A stretch of 64,000 nucleotides of DNA, from contig CAVOHZ010000010.1 in the NCBI GenBank assembly GCA_963695855.1, positions 32,001 through 96,000 on the forward strand, written 5' to 3'. Origin of the DNA: an uncultured Nitrososphaerales archaeon. GTDB lineage: Archaea > Thermoproteota > Nitrososphaeria > Nitrososphaerales > Nitrososphaeraceae. Each line of letters starts with the position of its first letter. Positions within the stretch are counted from its first letter, which is position 1. This document shows positions 11,711 to 21,346 of this stretch, in pieces. Below the pieces are notes generated by a model. The model saw only the letters and a program-made list of their open reading frames with translations, had not been told where the DNA came from and searched no databases. The translations under genes were made by a program, and so were the position numbers.

Positions 11711-11938
11711 AGTTAGTTGAAAAATACTAAATCTATCAAATTTTTTATTTTTTTTAAACACCAAGAGTTAATTTTTACGGCAAATTAAATTAAATAAAAT
11801 AAGATAAAAAACAATTCCTAAAAAATTATATGAAATTGTCTATTTAATATAATAAATCGATAAAATCTAAATTTAATTAATAAAAACAATGGCTTTTAAA
11901 AGATTTTGTAAAATTTATTTATACCTTTTTAAGTAAGT

Positions 11939-12142
11939 TTGTGTATATGTGATATAATGATAAATAATCCTATGGATTATTCAGATTTGAACTTTCGGGA
12001 TGATAATAACGATGATCATTTCAAAATTTTTGGTAAAAAAGCAATTGATGTAGATTATAACCTGTTCGGTTATTGTGATTTTTGTAACACAAGAATAGAC
12101 GAATTTGGATTCTGTGCGTGTAGTGGCGGCGCAGCTGATTAA
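11939..12142 (+). CDS. Small Cys-rich putative metal-binding protein
   Basis: CDFCNTRIDEFGFCAC motif; start uncertain (possibly ATG at 11957 or 11972). Confidence 0.6.
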   Translation: MCICDIMINNPMDYSDLNFRDDNNDDHFKIFGKKAIDVDYNLFGYCDFCNTRIDEFGFCACSGGAAD

Positions 12143-12303
12143 TAAAGTTAAAGGTAAACAATAACAACAACGACAACAACAAGAAGAAGAAAGTGAAATA
12201 GATTTTTCTTTCAATTTCCTCTATCTATTTCATTGATATTTCTTCTTCAAATTATCGAGTCGAGAAATTATTTTATTCATTGATTTATTTCTTCTTTATT
12301 AAT

Positions 12304-13156
12304 TTATTTTTTTGTGGTAACAGTATGTGACAAATATTCATTGGAATAGGCTTTAAGCGAAAAATCACGTATTTTAAAAGTGTTGGATTTTGAAGTTACA
12401 GCAAGTCCAAATGCAGCTGTTTGTTCTGATGGAATAACGAACGGTTCTGTTACTGATTTGGTTATCCCTATTACATCTCCTTTCTTGTCATATACGGTTG
12501 CCACAACAGTAACATTACTTGCATTTTGCAATCCTTCATTCTTTATTTTTCCATTTATATAATAAAACCCTGTGAGGTCCAGACGACTATTAACAGATTC
12601 AATAAAAAGGCTTTCGGGTTTACTTTCTTGTTTGTTTCCAGTTTGAAAGTTTGTCTTTATTGTAAAATTTTTTACATTCTCAGATGTAGAAGGGTCCAGG
12701 TAGATAATTTCAAATGGCGAGATTTCATTAGGATTTATAACACTAATCTCAGGATGTCTATAATATTCGCCAAGCACAAGTCCATTAGAATCGAAAAATG
12801 TTGCTTTCAACGTAATGTTGGACAAAGATTCTTCTGAATCGTTGCTAATTTCACCCAGGATGTAAAGATAACCAAATTCGTCTACATATTGTGAGGTGTT
12901 ATTTATAGTAAAAGAAGAGGAAGAAGAGGAGGCTGGAAGAGGGATAAACTTGTACCATATTTTCTGCTATTGATATTGAAATAACTGAAAGAACAATTGC
13001 ACTAACGATGGGAAAAATAAAAAAATGCTTTTTAGATGATTTTTTCTCTTTCAAGAATAGAAATTTTAATACAAGATTATTTAAGCATTCAATAAACATC
13101 TTTGTTTGTGTTCTTGGTATTTTAAATAAATGAGATTCAATTTCTAAAATGATCAA
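12304..13156 (-). CDS. FxLYD-domain exported protein (frameshift near 12935)
   Basis: Two Ig-like repeats (YILGEISNDS..NITLKATFFDSNG; YINGKIKNEG..VTVVATVYDKKG); TM/signal segment in ORF 12899-13156; start uncertain. Confidence 0.75.
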
Positions 13157-13401
13157 CGCATATATCGGATCAAGAACATTAAAGATTAAAATTTAGACAA
13201 TTTTAATAGAAAGGAAGACAAAAATTGGCAATGGGTAAATTCAAGATCGAAAAGATATCTTTTGGATGCCTTCCTTACGATATCTTGTCAATCAAATAAT
13301 AGATAGATATTTAATCTTATTTTTGATATATTTCATCTCCTACAAACTTTTTATTATTATTATAATGAAATGATTTTATTTACAAAATAAACCAGATATG
13401 A

Positions 13402-14238
13402 ATGTTGGAAGAAATTTTTACGAAGGTAGGAGATTATAAAATAAGATATTTTGAATCCAAGGTAAAAGATAAGGAAAAAAATCTGTTATTTATACATGGA
13501 CTAGGATCTTCCTCCGATAGATGGCTGGATATTCCAGAAGCATTATCAAAATATTTTCATACTATAGCCGTGGACTTGGTAGGTTTCGGTATGAGTGACA
13601 AACCACAAAACATCAACTACACAATTGAAACATTTAAAAAATTTATTCTTGATTTTATCACCAGTATAGGTCTAAACGATAAAAGAATATCTCTCATTGG
13701 CCATTCACTGGGAGGCTATATCGCTCTAGAAACTGCATTATCAGTGGCAGAAAATGGAAATCAAAAAGAATTAATTGAAAAATTAGTATTAATAGATTCT
13801 TCAGGTTTACTTAAGGCTCCTACACCCTTGTTAGAACAGTATCTGGACGCAGCCATGAATCCAACACATGCAAAAGTAAAAGGTGTCTTTGAAAAGATGG
13901 CTGCGCACCCATGGAGGCTTTTGCCTGTGATAGTGGATATATTTATAAACAGAATAAATGTTCCTGGTGCAAAATACGCTTTTGAGTCTGCATATCATAA
14001 CAGCACTACAACACAAATAGAATTATCTAGATTTAAAATTATTCAGGACATTCCAACATTGATAATCTGGGGAAGTGAAGACAAGTTGATTCCAGTTGAA
14101 CATTCACAAATTTTTAATGGTTGTTTCAATAATGTTCAGTTAGAAATAATACAAGACACGGGACATGCCCCTTTTGCTGAAAAGCCAGCAATTGTTTGTG
14201 AATTGCTGCATACATTTATGGCAGACAACATACAATGA
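13402..14238 (+). CDS. Alpha/beta-fold hydrolase
   Basis: HGLG, GHSLGG nucleophile elbow, WGSEDKLIP, TGHAP. Confidence 0.92.
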   Translation: MLEEIFTKVGDYKIRYFESKVKDKEKNLLFIHGLGSSSDRWLDIPEALSKYFHTIAVDLVGFGMSDKPQNINYTIETFKKFILDFITSIGLNDKRISLIGHSLGGYIALETALSVAENGNQKELIEKLVLIDSSGLLKAPTPLLEQYLDAAMNPTHAKVKGVFEKMAAHPWRLLPVIVDIFINRINVPGAKYAFESAYHNSTTTQIELSRFKIIQDIPTLIIWGSEDKLIPVEHSQIFNGCFNNVQLEIIQDTGHAPFAEKPAIVCELLHTFMADNIQ

Positions 14239-14486
14239 AAAAGATTCAAAAATACAATAGTTATTCTTAGATATTTTTTCTTTTTTTAATATGTCTATAA
14301 ATATGAATAATATATGCAATTTTATATTCTCGAACTCTTTCTATTATGTTAATTACAAAATATATCATCTTATGATTTTGTCATCTAGTGTATTTTTTGT
14401 TGTGCAATGTTAACTTTCTGTTATAATTGTATTTTATGATTTGTATTCTTTCTAACTATTATATTATTCTCTCTCTGAAGACTAAT

Positions 14487-15310
14487 GTATTATCACCACA
14501 TGTGTTACACTCTTATTATACACTTGTACTGGTGTCATGTAGTTCAATGACATATGTACTCTTTTGTTATTATAGTATTTAATGAATTGTTCATGTCTTT
14601 TGAATCTAGGTCTTTCCACATCATATATACGATGCCATCTCTCTATCTTTCCAATGTAGTAGGTTTTCCTATACTACGCATAATATGTTGTATGTCATGT
14701 TCTTTGCAGAAAGAATCAAAATCTGACTGTAATTTAGAACGTGAATTATAAAATTGTGAACCATGGTCTGTCAGTATCTGTAATGGTTTTTCATACTTTC
14801 TGATTGTTCGTTTCAATAGATAAATGATCCTATCTGATGTACCTTCTATACATTTGATAGATGATAATACATATCTGCTGTGATAATCAAAAATAGATAT
14901 CAACCATTTTCCTTCATTTTCTATAACTTTTAGGTCAATCTGCCACAATTCATTTGGGAATTTACGCTCAAACCGTATGTATTTTCTCTTCTTTCTGTGG
15001 GTTTGTTGATAGGATTGTTGTTCAATGCGCTTTTGCATAAAATTCTGTATACTGTCATATGCCCTACCTTTATGTTGTATTGATTTGCAAGAGTTCCCTG
15101 TATCTTGTGTGGACAGTAATGGTATTCTTTCTTAACTGTACTACCTTCTGTTCTATCTTTTTATCTGTTCTATGAATTGTATGTGGTCTTTTACAATGAT
15201 CTTTTGGAGTGGACCCCTATTTTTGGGAATACTTTTCCCATTATTTTATAGATACTATTTTTCATTACCAATATTTATCACCTTCTCCTCCTTTGCCTCT
15301 TTCATTTTCA
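14487..15310 (-). mobile_element. IS481-family transposase pseudogene
   Basis: RPHTIHRT..IEQKVVQLRK, RFERKFPNELWQIDLK, ILTDHGSQF, GKPTT..IERWHR, YNNKRVHMSLNYMTP across frameshifts. Confidence 0.85.
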
Positions 15311-15339
15311 ATTTTGAAATGAATTAATAGGGAGTAGAT

Positions 15340-15600
15340 ATGTAGTGAGGAATGTATTTATTCTGGTTGTAGTTAAAAATGATTTATTATTGCTGATTCT
15401 GCTTCTGGTAGTTCTGAAAATATTTGATCAGATGTATATTTTTAGTGTATTGTGGAATGATTGATGTGTATTCTGTTCTGGTGTGTTGTAGTAGATATGT
15501 TCAGTTTAATCAGTACAGATATAGATTTTTAAATGATTGCTGTGTACTGTGAACGTTGTCTGTCTGATAAAGATATTGTGGTATTATGTCTTGTGTGTTA
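15340..15600 (-). mobile_element. Highly degraded IS3-type integrase-core fragment
   Basis: Remnants DN(G)SQYT, TPEQN.H..SFHNTLK, EAESAII..F..YN...IHSSL in shifting frames. Confidence 0.5.
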
Positions 15601-15730
15601 CAAGAGCATATTCAACAGAGATGATGGCATTCTCTTTTACTGCAGACAGGTAAAACAGTAACGAATTCTCTTGTAAATATATAAACATGTTGAATAGGTA
15701 ATAGATAAATAATATTTTAATTCATTTTAT

Positions 15731-15930
15731 ACTTTGCGGTAGGGAGTGCATCTATCTCTATAGCAGTAGGTGACTTTGACGACGATTCTGACCTGGATCT
15801 GGCTGTAGCTGAACTTTATTCAAGATGATGTCTCCATCCTGCTTGGAAACGGTGATGGTACGTTTGGTGCAGCAAATGACTTTGCGGTAGGAGATCAACC
15901 AGTCTCTGTAGCAGTCGGTGACTTTAATTA
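15731..15930 (+). pseudogene. FG-GAP/VCBS beta-propeller gene fragment
   Basis: FAVGSASISIAVGDFDDDSDLDLAVA/NFIQDDVSILLGNGDGTFGAANDFAVGDQPVSVAVGDFN*. Confidence 0.8.
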
Positions 15931-16374
15931 GGCATCTCAACCAAAACCATCTTCCTTTATTTTTTTAATTGATATATAATACAAGTTCTATCTATTTCAA
16001 ACATTTTACAGTTGACATATATTTATTGATAAAAAGTCTTACAAGGATTTGCATCTATATCATACATTTTATAAAAAGTCAAGATTCATACTTTCTGTAA
16101 TTTGAATTTCATATAAACAATTGAGCTCTGATTCATTCATCAGTCATATAATCCCATGACCAGAAGTAAGGGTCCAAATCCCTTCACAGTTGATAGTTTA
16201 CTTGAATTACGTCCATATAATGATATATAATGATAACAAATAACTGTCATATAGAAACCGTATAGTCATGTTACTAAATCTATTTTTAAAAATTTACTAT
16301 CACGGCTTTATCATGAAAAAATCTTTATTCATGCGACGCATTTCAGATATTATCAAGTATAATATACTTAAATA

Positions 16375-16897
16375 TTGATTAAAATAGTATCAAACAAAAA
16401 AAGTGCAATCTTTTTAGCAGTTATACTAGTCGCAGGAGTTATTGGAATATCTTCTCCATTTGATGCCTATGGAGAGACTTACCAAAGTGCTAAATGTGAT
16501 AATATAAATCTCAATATCAATGATATAGGTCAAAAACAAATTCAACAACAAAATCAAGAAGACTCTCAAACATCAGCGGATGGTCAACAATTGATACCAG
16601 AAAAGGAAGAAGAATCATTGGATGTATTAACTGGCAATGCCAATGGCAATGGTAACAGCAAATCCTTACTAAACTTGGAAAAAAATATTGTAAATGTATG
16701 TGCTAACTTTGGCAACGAGGATAGTCCAGTAGTATATGGTGCATCACAAGAACAACTACCATCTTGTGAAGTAACAGTTGATACTATAACTGGATTAGGC
16801 GATATTCCTTTTAATATAGTATATGATTCTAGTTCACGAGAGAATGTATGTGACTAATTTAGCTAATGATACTGTCTCTGTCATAAATCTCTGTTGA
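16375..16897 (+). CDS. Secreted protein with NLNIN..KNIVNVC domain and a single YVTN blade (frameshift near 16833)
   Basis: Signal FLAVILVAGVIGISSP; after one extra base the frame reads HERMYVTNLANDTVSVINLC*. Confidence 0.7.
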
Positions 16898-16951
16898 CAT
16901 CATCTAGATAGAACTTCAATCACTACAACCTATATAATAATTTAGATTATT

Positions 16952-18382
16952 TTATTTTTCAATCTTTTTCCATATTGTTCTGTTATCTTTATGATCTACG
17001 AGTTCAACATTAAATTCTTCCTTCAGTTTCTTACGAATATTATCTGCATTTTTAAAATCTTTTTCCGATCTAAACCTGTTTCTCTGGCTAATCATCTCAT
17101 CTATTTTTTTTATATCATCGTCAGATGGTTCCAAGATCTTTAACCCAAAAATATTCATTATTTGATTGAATACCGGTAAAATAACATCTGAAACTTTGGT
17201 AGTTACCGTTTCTTTTGAAGCGCTATTATTTATCTCTGAAACAAATTTCATAAATTCTCCAAGTGCTTTAGAGGTATTCAAATCGTTATCAAGATAATTT
17301 TTGATACTATCAATAGTCTTTTTTGAAAGTTCTATAGCCTCAGATATCATGTCTTGTTCTGTATCTTGACCCTGTTTTTCTTTTTCTTCCTCTTCTTCTT
17401 TATCTAAGGGAAATTTCAATTCATAGTAGCTATTTTCTATCAATCTCCACTTTGTTAAAGCTTCCAAAAGATTTGCCTCAGAGTAATCTAGTGGTTTTGA
17501 ATACTGTGTAGATAAACATAAAACCCTAATCGTATTTGAGCCCCACCTGTCAATGGCATTACCTATAGATACGATGTTGCCAAGAGATTTGGACATCTTT
17601 TCCGAATTGATATTTACCATCCCACAATGCATCCAAATTTTTGCAAAGTCCGTGTTTGTGGTCGCTTCAGATTGTGCTATCTCGTTTTCATGATGTGGAA
17701 AAATAAGATCATTTCCACCTCCATGAATATCAATGGTCTTTCCAAGGTGCTTCAATGCCATTGCAGAACATTCAATATGCCATCCGGGACGGCCTTTGCC
17801 CCAGGGACTTTCCCAGATTGGTTCCTCTTTGAAAAACTTCCAGAGCGCAAAATCAAGCGGATCTTTTTTTGTTGGATCTATCTCTATCCTTGCACCCGCT
17901 TCAAGAGCCTCTCCGCTCTTTTTGGATAGTTTTCCATATACTGGAAACTTTTTAACATGATAGTATACACCGTTTAAAGTGACATAGGCATACCCCTTTT
18001 CTATCAAAAATCGGATGAGATCTATCATCTCTTTGATATGTTCTGTAGCCTTTGGGTATTTGATATCAGGTAATAGATTTAACCTTGAAAAATCATCGAA
18101 ATATTTTTCAATGTATTTCTCTGAAACATCTTTTGGCGAGACACCAAGATCTTTTGCTTTTTTTATAATCTTGTCATCAACATCTGTAAAATTTTGAATA
18201 AACTCTACATCATATCCTTTAGATTTTAGATATCTGTGGAGTACGTCAAAAATGACTATGGTTCTTGCATGTCCAATATGAGAATCGTCGTAAACTGTTA
18301 CTCCGCATACATATATCTTGGCAGTGTTATCCTTTACAATTAATTCATCGTATGCCCTAGATAAGGTATTATAAAGCTTCAA
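16952..18382 (-). CDS. cysS: Cysteine--tRNA ligase
   Basis: CGVTVYD, HIGH, GRPGWHIECS, KMSKS. Confidence 0.98.
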   Translation of the reverse strand: MKLYNTLSRAYDELIVKDNTAKIYVCGVTVYDDSHIGHARTIVIFDVLHRYLKSKGYDVEFIQNFTDVDDKIIKKAKDLGVSPKDVSEKYIEKYFDDFSRLNLLPDIKYPKATEHIKEMIDLIRFLIEKGYAYVTLNGVYYHVKKFPVYGKLSKKSGEALEAGARIEIDPTKKDPLDFALWKFFKEEPIWESPWGKGRPGWHIECSAMALKHLGKTIDIHGGGNDLIFPHHENEIAQSEATTNTDFAKIWMHCGMVNINSEKMSKSLGNIVSIGNAIDRWGSNTIRVLCLSTQYSKPLDYSEANLLEALTKWRLIENSYYELKFPLDKEEEEEKEKQGQDTEQDMISEAIELSKKTIDSIKNYLDNDLNTSKALGEFMKFVSEINNSASKETVTTKVSDVILPVFNQIMNIFGLKILEPSDDDIKKIDEMISQRNRFRSEKDFKNADNIRKKLKEEFNVELVDHKDNRTIWKKIEK

Positions 18383-18426
18383 AATACATTTCTAAATAAG
18401 TTAAAAATAATCAATTTATAAAGATT

Positions 18427-18756
18427 TTAGGACTCGCTTGTTTTTGACTCTTTCAAGTCTAGATAGATATCATTTCCCCTTACTTCCAATGGGAAAGTTT
18501 CTAGTTTAACGCCTTGCAGATAATCTAAAAGTTCCCCTGTTCTAATATTGTAATGCCAAGAGTGAAGTGGACATTCAACCACTTCCCCATCGATTTTTCC
18601 TGGTGCTAGGGATCCATCCTGATGTCTGCATAAAGCCTCCAAAGCAAAAAACTTGTCATTAGCATGAAAGATCGCAATTCTGTTTCCGTTGACATTGACT
18701 TCTTTTCCCTTATTCTCCAAAATATCGCTAGTCTGAGCTACTTTTATCCATGTCAT
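18427..18756 (-). CDS. Rieske [2Fe-2S] ferredoxin
   Basis: CRHQ ... CPLH motifs. Confidence 0.92.
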   Translation of the reverse strand: MTWIKVAQTSDILENKGKEVNVNGNRIAIFHANDKFFALEALCRHQDGSLAPGKIDGEVVECPLHSWHYNIRTGELLDYLQGVKLETFPLEVRGNDIYLDLKESKTSES

Positions 18757-18772
18757 TGTAATTTTACTATTG

Positions 18773-18824
18773 ATTTTCTTCTAGTCCATATATAATTTTC
18801 TTCTAGTCCATATATAATTTTCTT
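18773..18824 (-). promoter_or_regulatory. Tandemly duplicated 22-bp BRE-TATA unit upstream of the Rieske gene
   Basis: attttcttctagtccatatata x2; minus strand reads AGAAAA-TTATATAT about 30 and 52 bp upstream of the ATG. Confidence 0.6.
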
Positions 18825-18929
18825 GCTTGTATTAAATGGAGAAATAAACTTGTCTTTAACCGGGAACTATGCTAAAAAAAAGAGTTTTGAAGACTTTCTT
18901 TTTTCATAGTTGAAAAAATAAGAATTAAA

Positions 18930-19280
18930 ATGTGGGTACGCTGCAGTTACTGCAGTAACTGCAACTTGAGGTTCGATTATCGGTGTAAATTTTGTGATCA
19001 GACTTCCAGTAGAAGATGGAATATAGAAAAACACGTACAGAGAAAACATGTTGCTATGTTTAACCACTTTGATTCTCTAGGCTTTAGGCCTGGTCTCTAT
19101 GAGGCGATTATAAGAACACGAAGAGCACCTGATGATAAAGGATCCTCCCCTTTTGTAGAAACAAAGAAAAATATAAGAAAACTCAATGATGATGAATTGT
19201 ATCATATATCTGCCTTCATCTCTCGTATCCAAAAGAGTCGTAAAAAGAGGGTGTACAGCGACTATGGGCAATTTCTCTGA
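18930..19280 (+). CDS. C2H2 zinc-finger protein
   Basis: YRCKFCDQTSSRRWNIEKHVQRKH. Confidence 0.65.
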   Translation: MWVRCSYCSNCNLRFDYRCKFCDQTSSRRWNIEKHVQRKHVAMFNHFDSLGFRPGLYEAIIRTRRAPDDKGSSPFVETKKNIRKLNDDELYHISAFISRIQKSRKKRVYSDYGQFL

Positions 19281-19499
19281 TTTTGATTTTATCCAAAAAA
19301 ACTGTACTGAAAATTACTCATTAGTCATCGAAAGGGGATTATTGGAAGCTGAAATAGAGTCATATGATTTTGATAGATGACTAAAATCCACATAGTATAC
19401 TGAACATTTATCAGAACTTTAAAAACTTATAGAAATATTTCTTTATTAGAAAATAATTTTTGATTTCGTTTATGAATTTTAATTCTTATTAAAGATTTT

Positions 19500-20130
19500 A
19501 TGTAATGAGTAACGAAGATATAAGCGAGAACCTGCCTTTTTTGTTGTTTACAAGTGTTAAACTGACCCTTTCTACAATATTACTAGAATCGCCAAGAGTA
19601 CAAAAATTTTCTTTTAGATATAGGAAGAAGTATTGGACTGATCTGTAACGCCACAAAAGGAAACGTACAAAATTGACAAAACTATGTATAGTTTATTGGG
19701 AAAAATGTACATTAAACAACGCGAAGAGCTATGTCTGTACACGAAGTGTGATACACGTCAGGCAAAAAAATAGTTGGCTCTATCATTCTTCATTCTTATA
19801 TTATTATATTATTGATTGCATGTTTTTGAAATTGTCAATTAGATTAAGGATGTGACATTCCATCGGTATATTATGTGGAACAGTTGGCTCGTCTATATAT
19901 ACAGTAATACGTTTGATCTTTTTATAATTCTAGAACAAATTTTCGACATCTAATATTGGGGACTAATGCGTGTACTATCTTTGAAGGATTATAGGAAGTT
20001 GAAGAGACTGTATAATATCATCTTTTCATAGCAAACCTTACTCATATACTATATTTTGGGTATACTCGCATCTTTGGTTCCCTGTGTTGTTATACACGTA
20101 ATATCCTTAGCCTTTAGTAGGGTTTGAGTC
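19500..20130 (-). pseudogene. Decayed gene, possibly a glycosyltransferase
   Basis: Protein-like fragments (KRITVYIDEPTVPH, GDSSNIVERVSLT) with many stops; family assigned from context only. Confidence 0.3.
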
Positions 20131-20336
20131 AAGTATTACATTGGTAAATATAATGATAGATATTTTTTCTTATTGCAGTAGAAAAAATAAAAAACTTTAC
20201 GATTTATGGAAATTGTACTTTTGTTATTATAAAAAAGAAATAGAAAAAATATTACTTTTAATTATATCGATGAAAGTTATTAAAATATTTTTAGAATATC
20301 TCAAATATTATAACCTAAAGTAACAAATTAACTAAA

Positions 20337-21113
20337 GTGAAGAATGCTTTGTTATCAAAAAGTAAGGAAGAATTAGATACCATTAACAGTTTCAATTATC
20401 AATGGACTCATTTATCTGATTCTAAATATCTACTTACTGAAGAGTCCTGGAAATCCAATGTTGATCAATACATACTTGACGAATTGTCCGTTAGTAGGAA
20501 ATGGATTATGAATAAAACTGTCATTGATGTTGGGTGCGGAGGCGGTCGCTGGAGTTATGGTTTTGCAAAGCTTGGTTGTAAAGTCACATCTGTAGATATT
20601 TCTGAAGGACCTTGCGAACTAGCTAAACGAAATGTTCCTCAAGCTGATGTGATCATATCAGACTTATTCGAATTAGAAAAAGCATTGAGCAACAGAAAAT
20701 TTGACATAGTTTGGTGCTGGGGAGTGATCCATCATACTTCTAATCCACATAGAGCTTTTGAAGCTCTGACAAAATTGATGCACCAAAATAGTATTATACA
20801 TTTGTATGTCTATAGTTTTAAGAGAGGTATAAAAGTAAAAAGTTTGCGTAAATCATTAAAGTTCTTCTCTTTGAAAAACCGAGAAGCAATAATTCAATTT
20901 TTGATTAAAACTGGAATTCTACATGGCAGCGTACATGAATTATATGATTCCTTATCGACACAAATAAATCATGAAATAGAAGAATCAGTATTGAAGAGAT
21001 GGTTTGAAGAATATAATTTAAAATATAAAAGATACACTCCACAATGGGCTCGTAATAGCAGAGATCTTTTCGTAACTGGCTCTAAGATATCTGAAAGTAC
21101 AAATAAAATATAG
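20337..21113 (+). CDS. Class I SAM-dependent methyltransferase
   Basis: VIDVGCGGGR, FDIVWCWGVIHHT. Confidence 0.92.
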   Translation: MKNALLSKSKEELDTINSFNYQWTHLSDSKYLLTEESWKSNVDQYILDELSVSRKWIMNKTVIDVGCGGGRWSYGFAKLGCKVTSVDISEGPCELAKRNVPQADVIISDLFELEKALSNRKFDIVWCWGVIHHTSNPHRAFEALTKLMHQNSIIHLYVYSFKRGIKVKSLRKSLKFFSLKNREAIIQFLIKTGILHGSVHELYDSLSTQINHEIEESVLKRWFEEYNLKYKRYTPQWARNSRDLFVTGSKISESTNKI

Positions 21114-21346
21114 AAACTATTAAATTAATTATAATACTAAAATATCTATGTTTTATTCATTCATGAAAGAATTTATTAAAAACAAATCTATTTTGCGATT
21201 AAAAAGTAATGATATTTTCGATTAAATTATCTTTTTTTGCTTTTAAAAATTTGATTTTGTAAAATGGCAAATTAACTGATAAAAATTAGATGATTACTTA
21301 TTAAATATTTTCCTTATTACAATAAAAAAATTCTTTTCAAAAAAAA

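Noticed and set aside
16150-16192. tRNA-like T arm (aagggtccaaatccctt)
   Set aside because: The loop deviates from TTC and there is no convincing acceptor stem; too degenerate to call.
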